A stretch of DNA of 64,000 bases from NCBI RefSeq assembly GCF_001194135.2, contig NC_068990.1, positions 68,800,653-68,864,652 of the forward strand. The letters run 5' to 3'. The translations under genes were made by a program, and so were the position numbers. The notes beneath the pieces were generated by a model. It made no database searches and was not told the DNA's origin. It saw nothing but the letters and a program-made list of their open reading frames with translations. Positions 52,483-63,722 of the stretch are shown here, in pieces; the first letter of the stretch is position 1, and every line of letters starts with the position of its first letter. The stretch is from Octopus bimaculoides. Taxonomy: Eukaryota.

Positions 52483-52901
52483 NNNNNNNNNNNNNNNNNN
52501 NNNNNNNNNNNNNNNNNNNNNNNNNNNNNNNNNNNNNNNNNNNNNNNNNNNNNNNNNNNNNNNNNNNNNNNNNNNNNNNNNNNNNNNNNNNNNNNNNNNN
52601 NNNNNNNNNNNNNNNNNNNNNNNNNNNNNNNNNNNNNNNNNNNNNNNNNNNNNNNNNNNNNNNNNNNNNNNNNNNNNNNNNNNNNNNNNNNNNNNNNNNN
52701 NNNNNNNNNNNNNNNNNNNNNNNNNNNNNNNNNNNNNNNNNNNNNNNNNNNNNNNNNNNNNNNNNNNNNNNNNNNNNNNNNNNNNNNNNNNNNNNNNNNN
52801 NNNNNNNNNNNNNNNNNNNNNNNNNNNNNNNNNNNNNNNNNNNNNNNNNNNNNNNNNNNNNNNNNNNNNNNNNNNNNNTATATATATATATATATATATA
52901 T

Positions 52902-53070
52902 GGGAGAATGTACGAAAAAAAAACAACAGACGAGGACAGGTGGTGTAAACAACAAAAGGATGTATTAGTTTGACGCTCGGGAATACAGAAAGTCTTTAAC
53001 GTTTCGAGCTACGCTCTTCAACAGAAAGAATACGCAGAAAACAAGGAGAAATACACGGAGAAGAAATAAA
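52902..53070 (-). mobile_element. Short (TA)n-embedded element with a minimal hammerhead-like motif (Penelope-type terminal repeat derivative?)
   Basis: Minus strand TCTTT-CTGTTGA-AGAGC-GTA-GCTC-GAAAC-GTT-AAAGA at 52993-53029. Confidence 0.45.
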
Positions 53071-53089
53071 GGTTATATATATACACTAG

Positions 53090-53360
53090 TGTAGTAAGTT
53101 CGATTCTCGGACCGGGCAAAACACTTTATTTTACGTTGCTGCAACTTACTCAGCTGTAGAAAGAAGTTGCGACGTCACTGGTGCCAAGTTGCATCGGACT
53201 TTCCCTTCGATAACATCAGTGGTGTGGAGTGGGGAGGCTGGTATGCATGAGCGACTGCTGGTCTTCCACAAACAAATTTACCCAGACTTGTGCCTCCGAA
53301 GGGAACTTTCTCAGTGCAATCCCATGGTCATTCATAAACCAAGGGTGTCTTTACCCTTTA
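53090..53360 (+). mobile_element. SINE family D body with truncated head
   Basis: AGTTCGATTCTC B-box remnant, then GCAAAACACTTTATTTTACGTTGC, a typical post-tRNA SINE segment; tail ends GTCTTTACCCTTT. Confidence 0.6.
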
Positions 53361-53938
53361 TGAATTATTGGGATAAATACTACCCAAAGATATCAAATTA
53401 TTTCTGCTATGCAAAGTGGTTCGTCTAGAGCTCAATAAAAGCGGCAATATTGAGGATAAGAGCAATAATATAATGGTGTATGAATGCTACCAGAGGGAAG
53501 AGACGGTTGAAAATGAAACCAAAATATATTAATAAATAAACGCATAAAACATTTAAAATCTTCTTCGGGATATTATATATAATATATTACGTGGTAATTT
53601 CAATATGTAGTTTGACTTTATTTTTTAAGCCTTTCGATTTAACGTAAATATAAATCATTACATATACGTATGTATTTACTTTTATACATACATACATACA
53701 TATATACATACATAAATACATACATACATGTATATATATATCCCTATACGTATATAAACATGCACACATTTACATAAATACATACACGTAAATCCAAACA
53801 CACCTTACATATACATACATATTTGTATATACAAATATATATGCATGCACTCATTTATATACATACACACGCATAGACAGAGGGAAAGGTAGATAGATAG
53901 ATAGATAGATTGATAGATAGATAGATAGATAGATAGAC

Positions 53939-54011
<73 letters not shown>

Positions 54012-55221
54012 TAATTATGAAGCTTCGTATGCGTGAGCGTATACATATGCGTGTTATTTTTNNNNNNNNNNNNNNNNNNNNNNNNNNNNNNNNNNNNNNN
54101 NNNNNNNNNNNNNNNNNNNNNNNNNNNNNNNNNNNNNNNNNNNNNNNNNNNNNNNNNNNNNNNNNNNNNNNNNNNNNNNNNNNNNNNNNNNNNNNNNNNN
54201 NNNNNNNNNNNNNNNNNNNNNNNNNNNNNNNNNNNNNNNNNNNNNNNNNNNNNNNNNNNNNNNNNNNNNNNNNNNNNNNNNNNNNNNNNNNNNNNNNNNN
54301 NNNNNNNNNNNNNNNNNNNNNNNNNNNNNNNNNNNNNNNNNNNNNNNNNNNNNNNNNNNNNNNNNNNNNNNNNNNNNNNNNNNNNNNNNNNNNNNNNNNN
54401 NNNNNNNNNNNNNNNNNNNNNNNNNNNNNNNNNNNNNNNNNNNNNNNNNNNNNNNNNNNNNNNNNNNNNNNNNNNNNNNNNNNNNNNNNNNNNNNNNNNN
54501 NNNNNNNNNNNNNNNNNNNNNNNNNNNNNNNNNNNNNNNNNNNNNNNNNNNNNNNNNNNNNNNNNNNNNNNNNNNNNNNNNNNNNNNNNNNNNNNNNCCA
54601 GAAGTGATATTCGTTTATTCATCCACAGAGAAATTCATGCGTACGCATACACTCATACGTACATGTGTATAGTGATAGATATACACACACATACATATAC
54701 ATACGTATATACACGCATCCACTCTCACACACATGCACACACACACATTTGTAGTGACAGGCTTCCACACAATTTCCTTATGCATTAATTTACAGTTTTT
54801 TCCGTGTGACTGAACGTAAATATCTCAATATATGTATAAATGCAGCAATTAGAGAACTAATAATATGTAGTTAATAGATATATGTAAAGTACTCGACAAG
54901 ATATAGCATTAAAGTTGTGAAACTTTCGGAATTTAACGTAATGCTATAAGTTGAACGCTAAAATTTGTGTCTTTTCCTCGTGCATACACACTAAATATTT
55001 TCTTATAGACATCTGTATTGACTTTTCTCATTGCTGACGCCGTTCCCTGCATATGCGCAAATGTAATTCTCTCACAAATAAATTATACTTCATAATCGAG
55101 GCACCGATGAAGCGATAAGGTGTTATTCAGGCACTCAACTATGATTCAACTGCATCTCATAGCAGAAACAGATGTAAGCTAATGAAATTCATTAGATAAT
55201 CATTTATTCTTTTGTCATCGC

Positions 55222-55277
<56 letters not shown>

Positions 55278-55279
<2 letters not shown>

Positions 55280-55460
55280 CGGAGTGGATAAAACAGGGGA
55301 CAACTGATGAAGGGAATGTTCTTTATGTTTCATGTCTCGTTTCTCTGTTATTTTTCGTTGTTCGAAAAAAATTTTGTTTTCTATGTTTTTGTTTTTTTAT
55401 GTTCTCGTTTCTCATTTTGTCCACGTTTTTTTATGTCCTGTACCCATATATTGCATGTGT
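55278..55460. mobile_element. Short T-rich element inserted in (TA)n
   Basis: Complex sequence bounded by (TA)n on both sides; contains CTGATGA-AGGG...CTTT but no GAAA. Confidence 0.4.
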
Positions 55461-55841
55461 ATATACATATATATATGTAGGCATGTACACATATGTATGT
55501 ATATATGCGTATACTTATATACTATTTATAAGATATATATATATATATTTATATATATATATATATACAAATACCAAAAGTCACAACATTATCCTCAAGA
55601 TACAGGACTAGATGCTGCAACGGCTTCGATTTCTAGGGCTTACAGCTCTTCAGTATCTTCCCACAGAGCCTGAGAGACCTGCATGGGGTAGATGTAGGTT
55701 ACTTCAAAACAAAAATAGATTTTCTCCAGTCAAGAGTTCCTGAAGAACCTACCTCGCAGCAGCAACATCAAACTACCTCATTCGCGAAATGCTACATATC
55801 AAAGGAAGTTTAGGGAAAGTGTAGCAAAGCAAACCGTGGTA

Positions 55842-55888
55842 CCCCAGCATGGCCGCAGCTCTCGAGCTGAAGCTAGTGACAAAACAAG

Positions 55889-55954
<66 letters not shown>

Positions 55955-56003
55955 CATTTTCATTTTATCTAGTTTCAGCTCATGAGCTGTGGCCATGCTG
56001 GGG
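55842..56003. repeat. Inverted repeat: 35-bp arms (4 mismatches) around an (AT)n-rich spacer
   Basis: CCCCAGCATGGCCGCAGCTCTCGAGCTGAAGCTAG (55842-55876) versus the reverse complement of 55969-56003. Confidence 0.9.
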
Positions 56004-56031
56004 CACTGCCATATATATACATATATATTTT

Positions 56032-56563
56032 GCAAATACTAATTGGGCACAGATAGCGTGTCAATAGCCAGCAGGAGATATCTTCCTGGGATCACAAGCT
56101 ACAGCAGCATCGACCCTTAAGGGTTAGCCACATCTAGGTGGCAAATATACCCCCACGATGTTACGCTGCTACTATTTATATCTCGCTCAGAGATTTATTA
56201 TTGCTTGACTTCACTATTTCGAGACCAGTGACTTTTCGTCACTGGAAAATGTATATATATATATTTGCATTGAGAATCACTTCCCATCGCCAACCGGTGG
56301 TTGTCACACGCGGATGTCGGGTCAATACCCACAAACTCAGGTCCATGTCGATCACATCAGGCTGGAGATGGGAATGATTACTTCTCTTTGTAAATACTGA
56401 TAGGACACAGATAATGTGTCAATAGCCAGCTAGAGGAGATGTCTTCCTGGGGTCACAAGCTACAGCAGCATCGACCCTTAAGTTTTAACCACACTTAGGT
56501 GGCAAATATACTTCACGATGTCGTGCTGCTAATGTTTATATCTCGCTCAGAAACTTATTATTG

Positions 56564-56566
<3 letters not shown>
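56032..56566. repeat. Structured direct repeat, period 358 bp (copies 56032-56206 and 56390-56566)
   Basis: Shared blocks GTGTCAATAGCCAGC, TCACAAGCTACAGCAGCATCGACCCTTAAG and TTTATATCTCGCTCAGA; the whole region lies between (TA)n tracts. Confidence 0.9.
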
Positions 56567-56611
<45 letters not shown>

Positions 56612-57854
56612 CAGAATTCAAAGGCACTAATAGATAAAATTCCCTCACTGTTTGGCCAAGCTGATGGGCGAAACTTGATGCCCTATTCATCTCGATCATT
56701 ACAATAAATCTAACACTGCTCTCAGTATAGAATAACTGCAAGATTAAATATTGAATAGCGATTTTTAAAAGTGTTATAAAATTTGTTTAATATCCACACA
56801 GGGACACATACACAAATATATGCTTATATTTATACACACACATATATGCTTATATTTATACACACACATATGTTTGTGTGTGTGTGTGTGTACGTAAACA
56901 AATAGGTCATGTGAATATCTACGACCTATTTATGACTATATTTGTATTACGTATGTAGGATGTTGTAGTATGTGCGAATGAGTGAGTGAGCTTTTTTTAA
57001 TGTTACAATAGAAATGGCTATATCAATTGACACAGAACGTATACAATGATAATATTCGTAGAAATATTTTATAAAAGCTCATAAACGAAATCAATTGGTC
57101 AGCATTAACGAATTTAAAATGGAAAACGTAAAGAAATCAACACAAGACCAAGAATATATTGCCATTGTTATGACTTTCAAATCAAAAATATGGTAAATAT
57201 TTTTGCATCCTGGTGGTAATACAGACAGATTTAAACTGACATTTAAACAATCACGGACTAAATATCAATAAATTATTGAACCGCTAAACGGCTGGGTAAA
57301 AAAAAAAATTGACATTAAAATGTATAATCGATAGTTTTAAACTATGTGCAGTTCCCTCGTTAATTTATCCAAGTTATAGCTGCACAATTTCGCATGACTT
57401 AAGTTATAGTTCCACCATTGTGCATGGTTAGCCATGCTATATTAAGGTGGGTAACAGCTGACATATTTAACGTCTATTTTTGATTTTTTTCACTTATTTT
57501 TCAATTTATTTTTATATATTTCTTCAATTTTCTTTTCTTTTTATGATCTCGAACTTTCGGTAAAGTCTTTGGATAATGTCTGGAATCGTTCAAATGTTTT
57601 CTCAAATATTACAAAGAATGTTTTCTTTTATATTTCCACTTTTTGCTTTAGTTCTACCAAATGTTGAAGTTTCGTTACAATAAAGTATTTGTTACTAGCC
57701 ATCATAATTAGAAAAAGTGTAGTTTGTTTGTTTGGGAATACAATTTTGAAGCTTTGTCATAATTTTGCGAGTACAGTGCAGTGCTTATGAGAAAGAGAGA
57801 GAGAGAGAGAGAGAGGAAAAAAGGAAATTTTACATATGCATGGCGAGGTGGAAG

Positions 57855-58222
57855 AGAGAAATGGTCGAGTGGTTAATGCAGCGGACTCACGGTCGTAGGT
57901 TTCGATTCCCAAACCGGGCGTTGTGAGTGTTTATTGAGCGAAAACACCTAAAGCTCCACAAAGCTCTGGAGCGGGGGTGACAAACCCAGCTGTACTCTTT
58001 CACTACAACTTTTCTCTCACTCTTTCTTCCTGTTTCTGTTGTGCCTGTATTTCAAAGGGCCAGCCTTGTCACACTCTGTGTCACACTGAATCTCCCCGAG
58101 AACTACGTTAAGAGTAGACGTGTCTGTGGAGTCCTCAGCCACTTACACGTTAATTTCACGAGCAGTCTGTTCCGTTGATCGGATCAACTGGAACCCTTGT
58201 AATCGTAACCGACAGAGTGCCA
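57855..58222 (+). mobile_element. SINE family C, near full length
   Basis: A-box TGGTCGAGTGGTTA, B-box GTTTCGATTCC, complete body to ...CCGACAGAGTGCCA. Confidence 0.9.
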
Positions 58223-58427
58223 CGATGGTACTTATATGCTACTGCACCGTAATCTGCTTTTCCTTTTGTTTTCCTTAATTACATTTACCAAAAGTGAAGA
58301 TTGATTGATAAACCTACCACATTAGTGTACAAGTGTGCCTGCAGCCGCTTCGCCTTACTCTAGCAGTTGTCGATGCTATTGTTGATGAGGAATAAAGTTT
58401 AAAAAATTTTTTAAAGAAACGGAAAAA

Positions 58428-58752
58428 AATAAGAACACTCAGAGAGCGCAAACCTCCGCCAAGACAACACCAGGGCCCTCACAACGATTAGCCTGAGATG
58501 ATTCTTAAAATGAGAATATCTGAAATAAACTCGACTACTCTCACAAACAAAAATACTAAAAAATGAACCCGACCGCTCTCAAACATTAAGTAAAAGTACC
58601 GGGAAAATCCCAAAATCTAATCAGTTCGTGCTTAGTCAAGAGGCTAATTCATCCGAATTCATCCAGCGGTTCTTGAGATATCTTGTCCACGGACAAACAA
58701 AAAAAAACGCGACTGAAAACAATACCTCTGCCTTAGCGAAGGCGAGGGTAAT
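58428..58752 (+). mobile_element. Helentron-associated-like non-autonomous element (HINE-like)
   Basis: 5' CCTCCGCCAAG (58453-63) echoed by the 3' hairpin CCTCTGCCTT-AGCG-AAGGCGAGGG (58725-48), preceded by a GACAAACAAA microsatellite remnant; no ORF. Confidence 0.6.
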
Positions 58753-58762
58753 AAAAATATAG

Positions 58763-58810
<48 letters not shown>

Positions 58811-59246
58811 TCTTATTTAGATTAAGTAACGCGATGATATAAAAATTAATGAAGTTTTAATATTCGAAGTCTTCAGTGCTCACAAAGATGATGGCTGTTT
58901 TTGTCCCGATCTTGTCACTATATCTGCATTTATTGATGTACAAATAAATTTATAAGAAAAATCATATCTATTTTACTCAGTGACTAACCCTGATAATTAC
59001 TGACTGTCACTACGAAAGATATTCGAAATGGAAGACGTAAATACGTAAAGGCAGAGCGATGTCAGAAAATCTCTTTGATACTTAACATAATATGATGTTT
59101 TCTATAATGTTCACCTTTACTGACAAATGTCGCCTTTAATTATGTATTCATATGAATGGGTATTTGGAATTTTTTATTCCATCTTAAATACCGGTAGTCT
59201 TGTAATTTGACCACAACACTACCACATCCGTTTTTCAATAACAAAC

Positions 59247-59277
59247 TAGTAGGAATGAGCACGCACCATTCCTACTA
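59247..59277. other. Perfect 11-bp hairpin
   Basis: TAGTAGGAATG-AGCACGCAC-CATTCCTACTA. Confidence 0.6.
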
Positions 59278-60278
59278 TTTAGGAACTCTGTTGCATAATT
59301 AAATTTCCTCGTTTATGAAATCAACACAGTATTTGATAGAACCTGCATCTTTTAATGAAAGATAAAAGTAAGTCACAACTGCAATACGGCAATAGGGGGT
59401 TGTCATTTTCTGGTTATTCCATCAGTGTTTGATATAACATTTTGCTCTAACTCCTCGATTATTCATTCTTCCAAACCAATTGGAGCTGCTTTTCATTAAT
59501 TTTGCAATAGCTATCGACAATGTAAATTGTGACAATCTTTCTCCCAGCCAAATCATTTCAAAATCGCTCAATATTAAAGTATGTCAAAATTTCTAGACGA
59601 ATCTCAATATCACCCCTTACACAGTGTAGGATCCATGATATGAAATAAGAACATCATCCGAGAAAAAGAAGTATCAGGGTAAATCAACTGATTTCAGGTA
59701 AACTCACATACTTTGAACTGCGAGAAGAATTTGATTCCAAACAGTGTACTATATAGGTCGAAGGTAAAACGTCACACACACACACATACACACACACAAA
59801 CACACACACATTTTAGTAATAAATATTTCTCATCCCGTAGGTATAAAGAATTTATCTATTTAAATAGTATTTATGATTGAAGAAATTGGTGTCTCTCAAA
59901 ATAAAATGTAGACATCTAAAACTTATTTGAATAAATTGGTGAAAATACAATTACAGTATAATATTGACTTGTTTCGATTAACCAGGAAATCAATTTTCAC
60001 AAATTCATAGTGAAGCGGGGGGATAAAATAAATTAGATCTACGTCAGCGTATTACTGCTATTTACTTTATCAGCTCCAGCATAATGAAGGGTAAAATCAA
60101 CGATAACGATATTTCAGTTTAGAGGAATCAAGCTGAAAATTGCAAAGTTATTTAGTGACGCAGTATGCTACTGTTTCTATTAGTGTAATGACGATATACT
60201 ATTAAATCAATGAGAAAAACAGAAACTATTCATAAAAAATCCACTGAAGAATTTGCAGCGTGAAAACGTTATTTATCA

Positions 60279-60996
60279 TTTATTTTGGACATTCGTTATT
60301 TCAACGAGAATCTTGAAGTTTGTTTTTCATTTGTCAACACTTGAAAATATCGTGTAAAGTATAGCTTTTTTTTTTTTTTCATGATTCGCCACTTGGATAA
60401 TAGAATCTGCTGTGTTTTGCGTTGAAATTTGTTTAAGTTTGTAGTAAATAAACATGTAATGTAAAAATAATTATCACTCTGCTTATTGGATACTTACACA
60501 CAGTGATGCTGACACTTAAACTCATAAACATACATGTACATGACAACCAAATCTTCGCTCAATCTCCTTCCTTCTTTGCCGTCTTAAGAAATCCAAGCAT
60601 AAAACTGAAAATAATCCGAAGTGGTAATGGCTGGAAAAATCACTGAACATAAACCGGCACGATCCGGGATGATATGGGTTTAAACACACCTCGTCTAATT
60701 AGCACATTGTTATTAAATGAAGTTCTCTGAAATATTTCTTACTAAAGACTGTATATTTGTATCTGGGAGAATCATGCCAGATATTTGAATACACATACTT
60801 CAAGAAACAAGACCATGCCGAACACTAAATTAGTAATAAAGAAAACACAAGTCATTCTCGCTTCAAACTCCACAAAAGAGTGAAAAACAAAGTTATCTTC
60901 AGTTAGATTTGTACACAGGGTGCAGAGGTCAGAACATATACTGCAAGATAACATAAGCGCTTTAATGCCAGTGTCATTGCGGCTTCCGAGACACAT
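60279..60996 (-). other. Possible 3'-terminal exon of a minus-strand gene (unproven)
   Basis: Acceptor-like TCCTGTCTCTCCAG|ATG at 60996; repeat-free sequence downstream; AATAAA at 60279-60284. No recognisable peptide. Confidence 0.2.
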
Positions 60997-61524
60997 CTGG
61001 AGAGACAGGATTCTTACAGTTCTAAATGCTTTGACCCGGGTTCAACAATAGCGTCGATATAATTTAAATAAGGACGGAATGAAAAAATAGGGTGCAACTA
61101 GGTTGACGTTGGCAATTTGGCACGGATGACTGGGTATTCAGCACTTTTCTTTTAGAGACAGTAATTTTTTTTTAGCACTAGAAACAAACACACACAAGAG
61201 AAATATTGTAACAGAATGAGTGAGCATGAGAGAAGAGAGACGTTATAATTTATTGAATGTATATGAGTGACTAAATATTTTCCTTATCCTCGTACGCATA
61301 ACGATAAATACGCGCGCATACATGAATGGAGGGAGTAGGGCGAAAAGGAAGAAGAGAGAAACATTAGAAAGGGAGGAAACATGAAAACGTCTGATGTCAA
61401 ATAAGTCAGCATCGAATCAGCTATGCCAAATATACGGTGCCAAAACTGTTGTGCAGAAATGGTCCCATACCCAAATGAATTATTTGACAACGTAGTACAC
61501 ACACGCGCACGCACACGCACACGC

Positions 61525-61570
<46 letters not shown>

Positions 61571-61593
61571 CACTTGGTAATTACACGACACAA

Positions 61594-61818
61594 AGCCGGT
61601 GATCTGGCAGAATCGTTAGCACGCCAGGAAAAATAATTAGCAGCATTTCTTCCGTCTTTACGTTTTCAGTCCAAATTCTTGCCGGGATTGACTTTGCCTT
61701 TCATGCTGTCGGAGTCGATAAAATAAGTACCAGTTGAGCACTGGGGTCGATGTAATCGACTTATTCCCTTCCACCTAAATTGTTGGCCTTTTACCAACAT
61801 TTGAAACCTATAATCATT
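61594..61818 (+). mobile_element. SINE family A
   Basis: CTGGCAGAATCGTTAGCACGCC...GGAGTCGATAAAATAAGTACCAG. Confidence 0.9.
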
Positions 61819-62682
61819 AGACACTGCATATTTCGATGGATTACCAGACAATTTGTATTATATTTCACGAAATTATGTTAAATACACATCAGTTGAAGAC
61901 CCTACTGCTATTAAAATGCTTGAGTCACATTGATTTTTGTGTAACTAAAGTACTTTTCGAACTAGTCTTCAATGGTAGGCTGCATGCTACTATTATACAG
62001 TAAAGTTCACTATGGTAGACTTCACTAAACAACAACCACAATTCATTCTGTAATGATTTTTTATCAGATGAGATCTTTTGTAAGAAATCATGAAACCAAC
62101 CGGAAAATGCATTTACTTGTTTATTTATTTATTTTGTTATGTATCTGCTTGTTTATGCATATTTTTTTAAAATAAAATATACATTTGGATTTTGAGAACC
62201 GAATACAAAAACGACATCGCAATAGGAAAACGAACAACATCAAGGACAACAACAACAACAATGAGCTTCTATATCGTCATTCAACCAGCTTGAAATCGCA
62301 GTTAAATTTCATTCGTATCATGCCTTATTGTCTTTAAAAACTGAAGTGGACACATTTAAATAATGTGATTCCCATGACATGAAATTCGTGGATGAAAGAA
62401 AAGAAAAGGATGCTCGCCACTAGATCTTAGATCATAGATCTGTACTTTCGGTAATCGCCTGGAGCTAAGAAGCAGCAACAACAACAACTACTACTACTAC
62501 TACTACTACTACTACAGTAGCAGCAGTACTAGCTGCAACTATGATTTCCAATGTATTAAGACTTCAGATGTGCTGTAAAAGAATGGGGAAACGATGTGGC
62601 GTTCATTGCTTTACGGCATGCATTCTTAAAATATGCAAATCGGGACTTAACTAGGCAGTAAAAGACAATAACTAATATTAAT

Positions 62683-63150
62683 AATGATCTCAGATGTTGG
62701 CTCAAGGTCAGAAATTTCAGGGGATGGGTAAGCTGATTACATCAATCCCCAGTACACAACTGCTACTTATTTTATCGACTCCAAAAGGATGACAAGCAAA
62801 TTCGACCTCGGCGAAATGAGAACTCAGAACATGACATACTAATAATAAGTTTATATTTAGCATAAAGTTAACATCCAGGAAAGGATTGTTACAATGACAA
62901 AGTACTTAACAACCGTAGAGTATTCAATATGATAATGATTTTAAGTTTTGGCTCAAAGCCAGCAATTTAGAGGGAGGAGATAAATCGTTTACATTGACAC
63001 CCAGTGTTCAGCTGCTACTCATTTTATCGATTCCGAAAGGATCGAAGACAAAGTCGATCTCGGTGAGATTTGAAATCCGAATATAAAGATAGGCGAAATA
63101 CCACTAAGCATTTTGCTCGGCGTGCTAACGATTCTGCCAGCTCGCCGCCC
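62683..63150 (-). mobile_element. Two tandem family A copies (62683-62835 partial; 62932-63150 full)
   Basis: Repeated TTGGCTCAAGG/TTGGCTCAAAG tail and body; head ...GCCAGCTCGCCGCC at 63150. Confidence 0.85.
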
Positions 63151-63162
63151 TATAGTACTTAA

Positions 63163-63565
63163 TAATAATTCTTTGTACTGAAGGCACAACGCCTGAAATT
63201 CTGTGGGCGGGGGACTAGTTGATTACATTGACCCCAGTGTTTCACTAGTATTTATTTTATTGACCCGAAAGGATTAAAGGCAAAGTCAACCTCGAAGGAA
63301 TTTGAACTCAGAACATAAAGACGGACGAAATACCTATTTCTTTACTGCCCACAAGGGGCTACACACAGAGGGGACAAACAAGAACAGACAAACGGATTAA
63401 GTCGATTTTATCGACTCCAGTGCGTAACTGGCACTTAATTTATCGACCCCGAAATGATGAAAGGCAAAGTCGACCTCGGTGGAATTTGAACTCAGAACGC
63501 AGTGGCAGACGAAATACCGCTAAGCATTTTGCCCGGCGTGCTAACGGTTCTGCCAGCTCGCCACC
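63163..63565 (-). mobile_element. Composite: family A' copy joined to the body of an older family A copy
   Basis: Minus strand: head-body-alternative tail (...GTAAAGAAATAG) joined at about 63334 to GTATTTCGTCC and a second body with the standard tail. Confidence 0.85.
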
Positions 63566-63609
63566 TCAGAGAAGACTTGATAGAAGTATTATAGGTGAGC
63601 CACTGTTGT

Positions 63610-63722
63610 TCATGTTGATGTTGATGACAACGATTCTGACAATATCAGCGATGATGACGACGCCAATGATAATGATGACGATGTCAACGAGGAGTCGTAT
63701 AATGACGACAACGATGATGATA
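63610..63722. repeat. Degenerate (GAT/GAC)n trinucleotide tract
   Basis: GATGACAACGAT...GATGATGAT; gives Asp-rich pseudo-ORFs. Confidence 0.85.

Noticed and set aside
55620-55660. Minus-strand CTGAAGA...GAAA and similar hits at 1545 and 60244
   Set aside because: No coherent stem II or stem I; such 7-mer plus GAAA matches are expected by chance in 64 kb.
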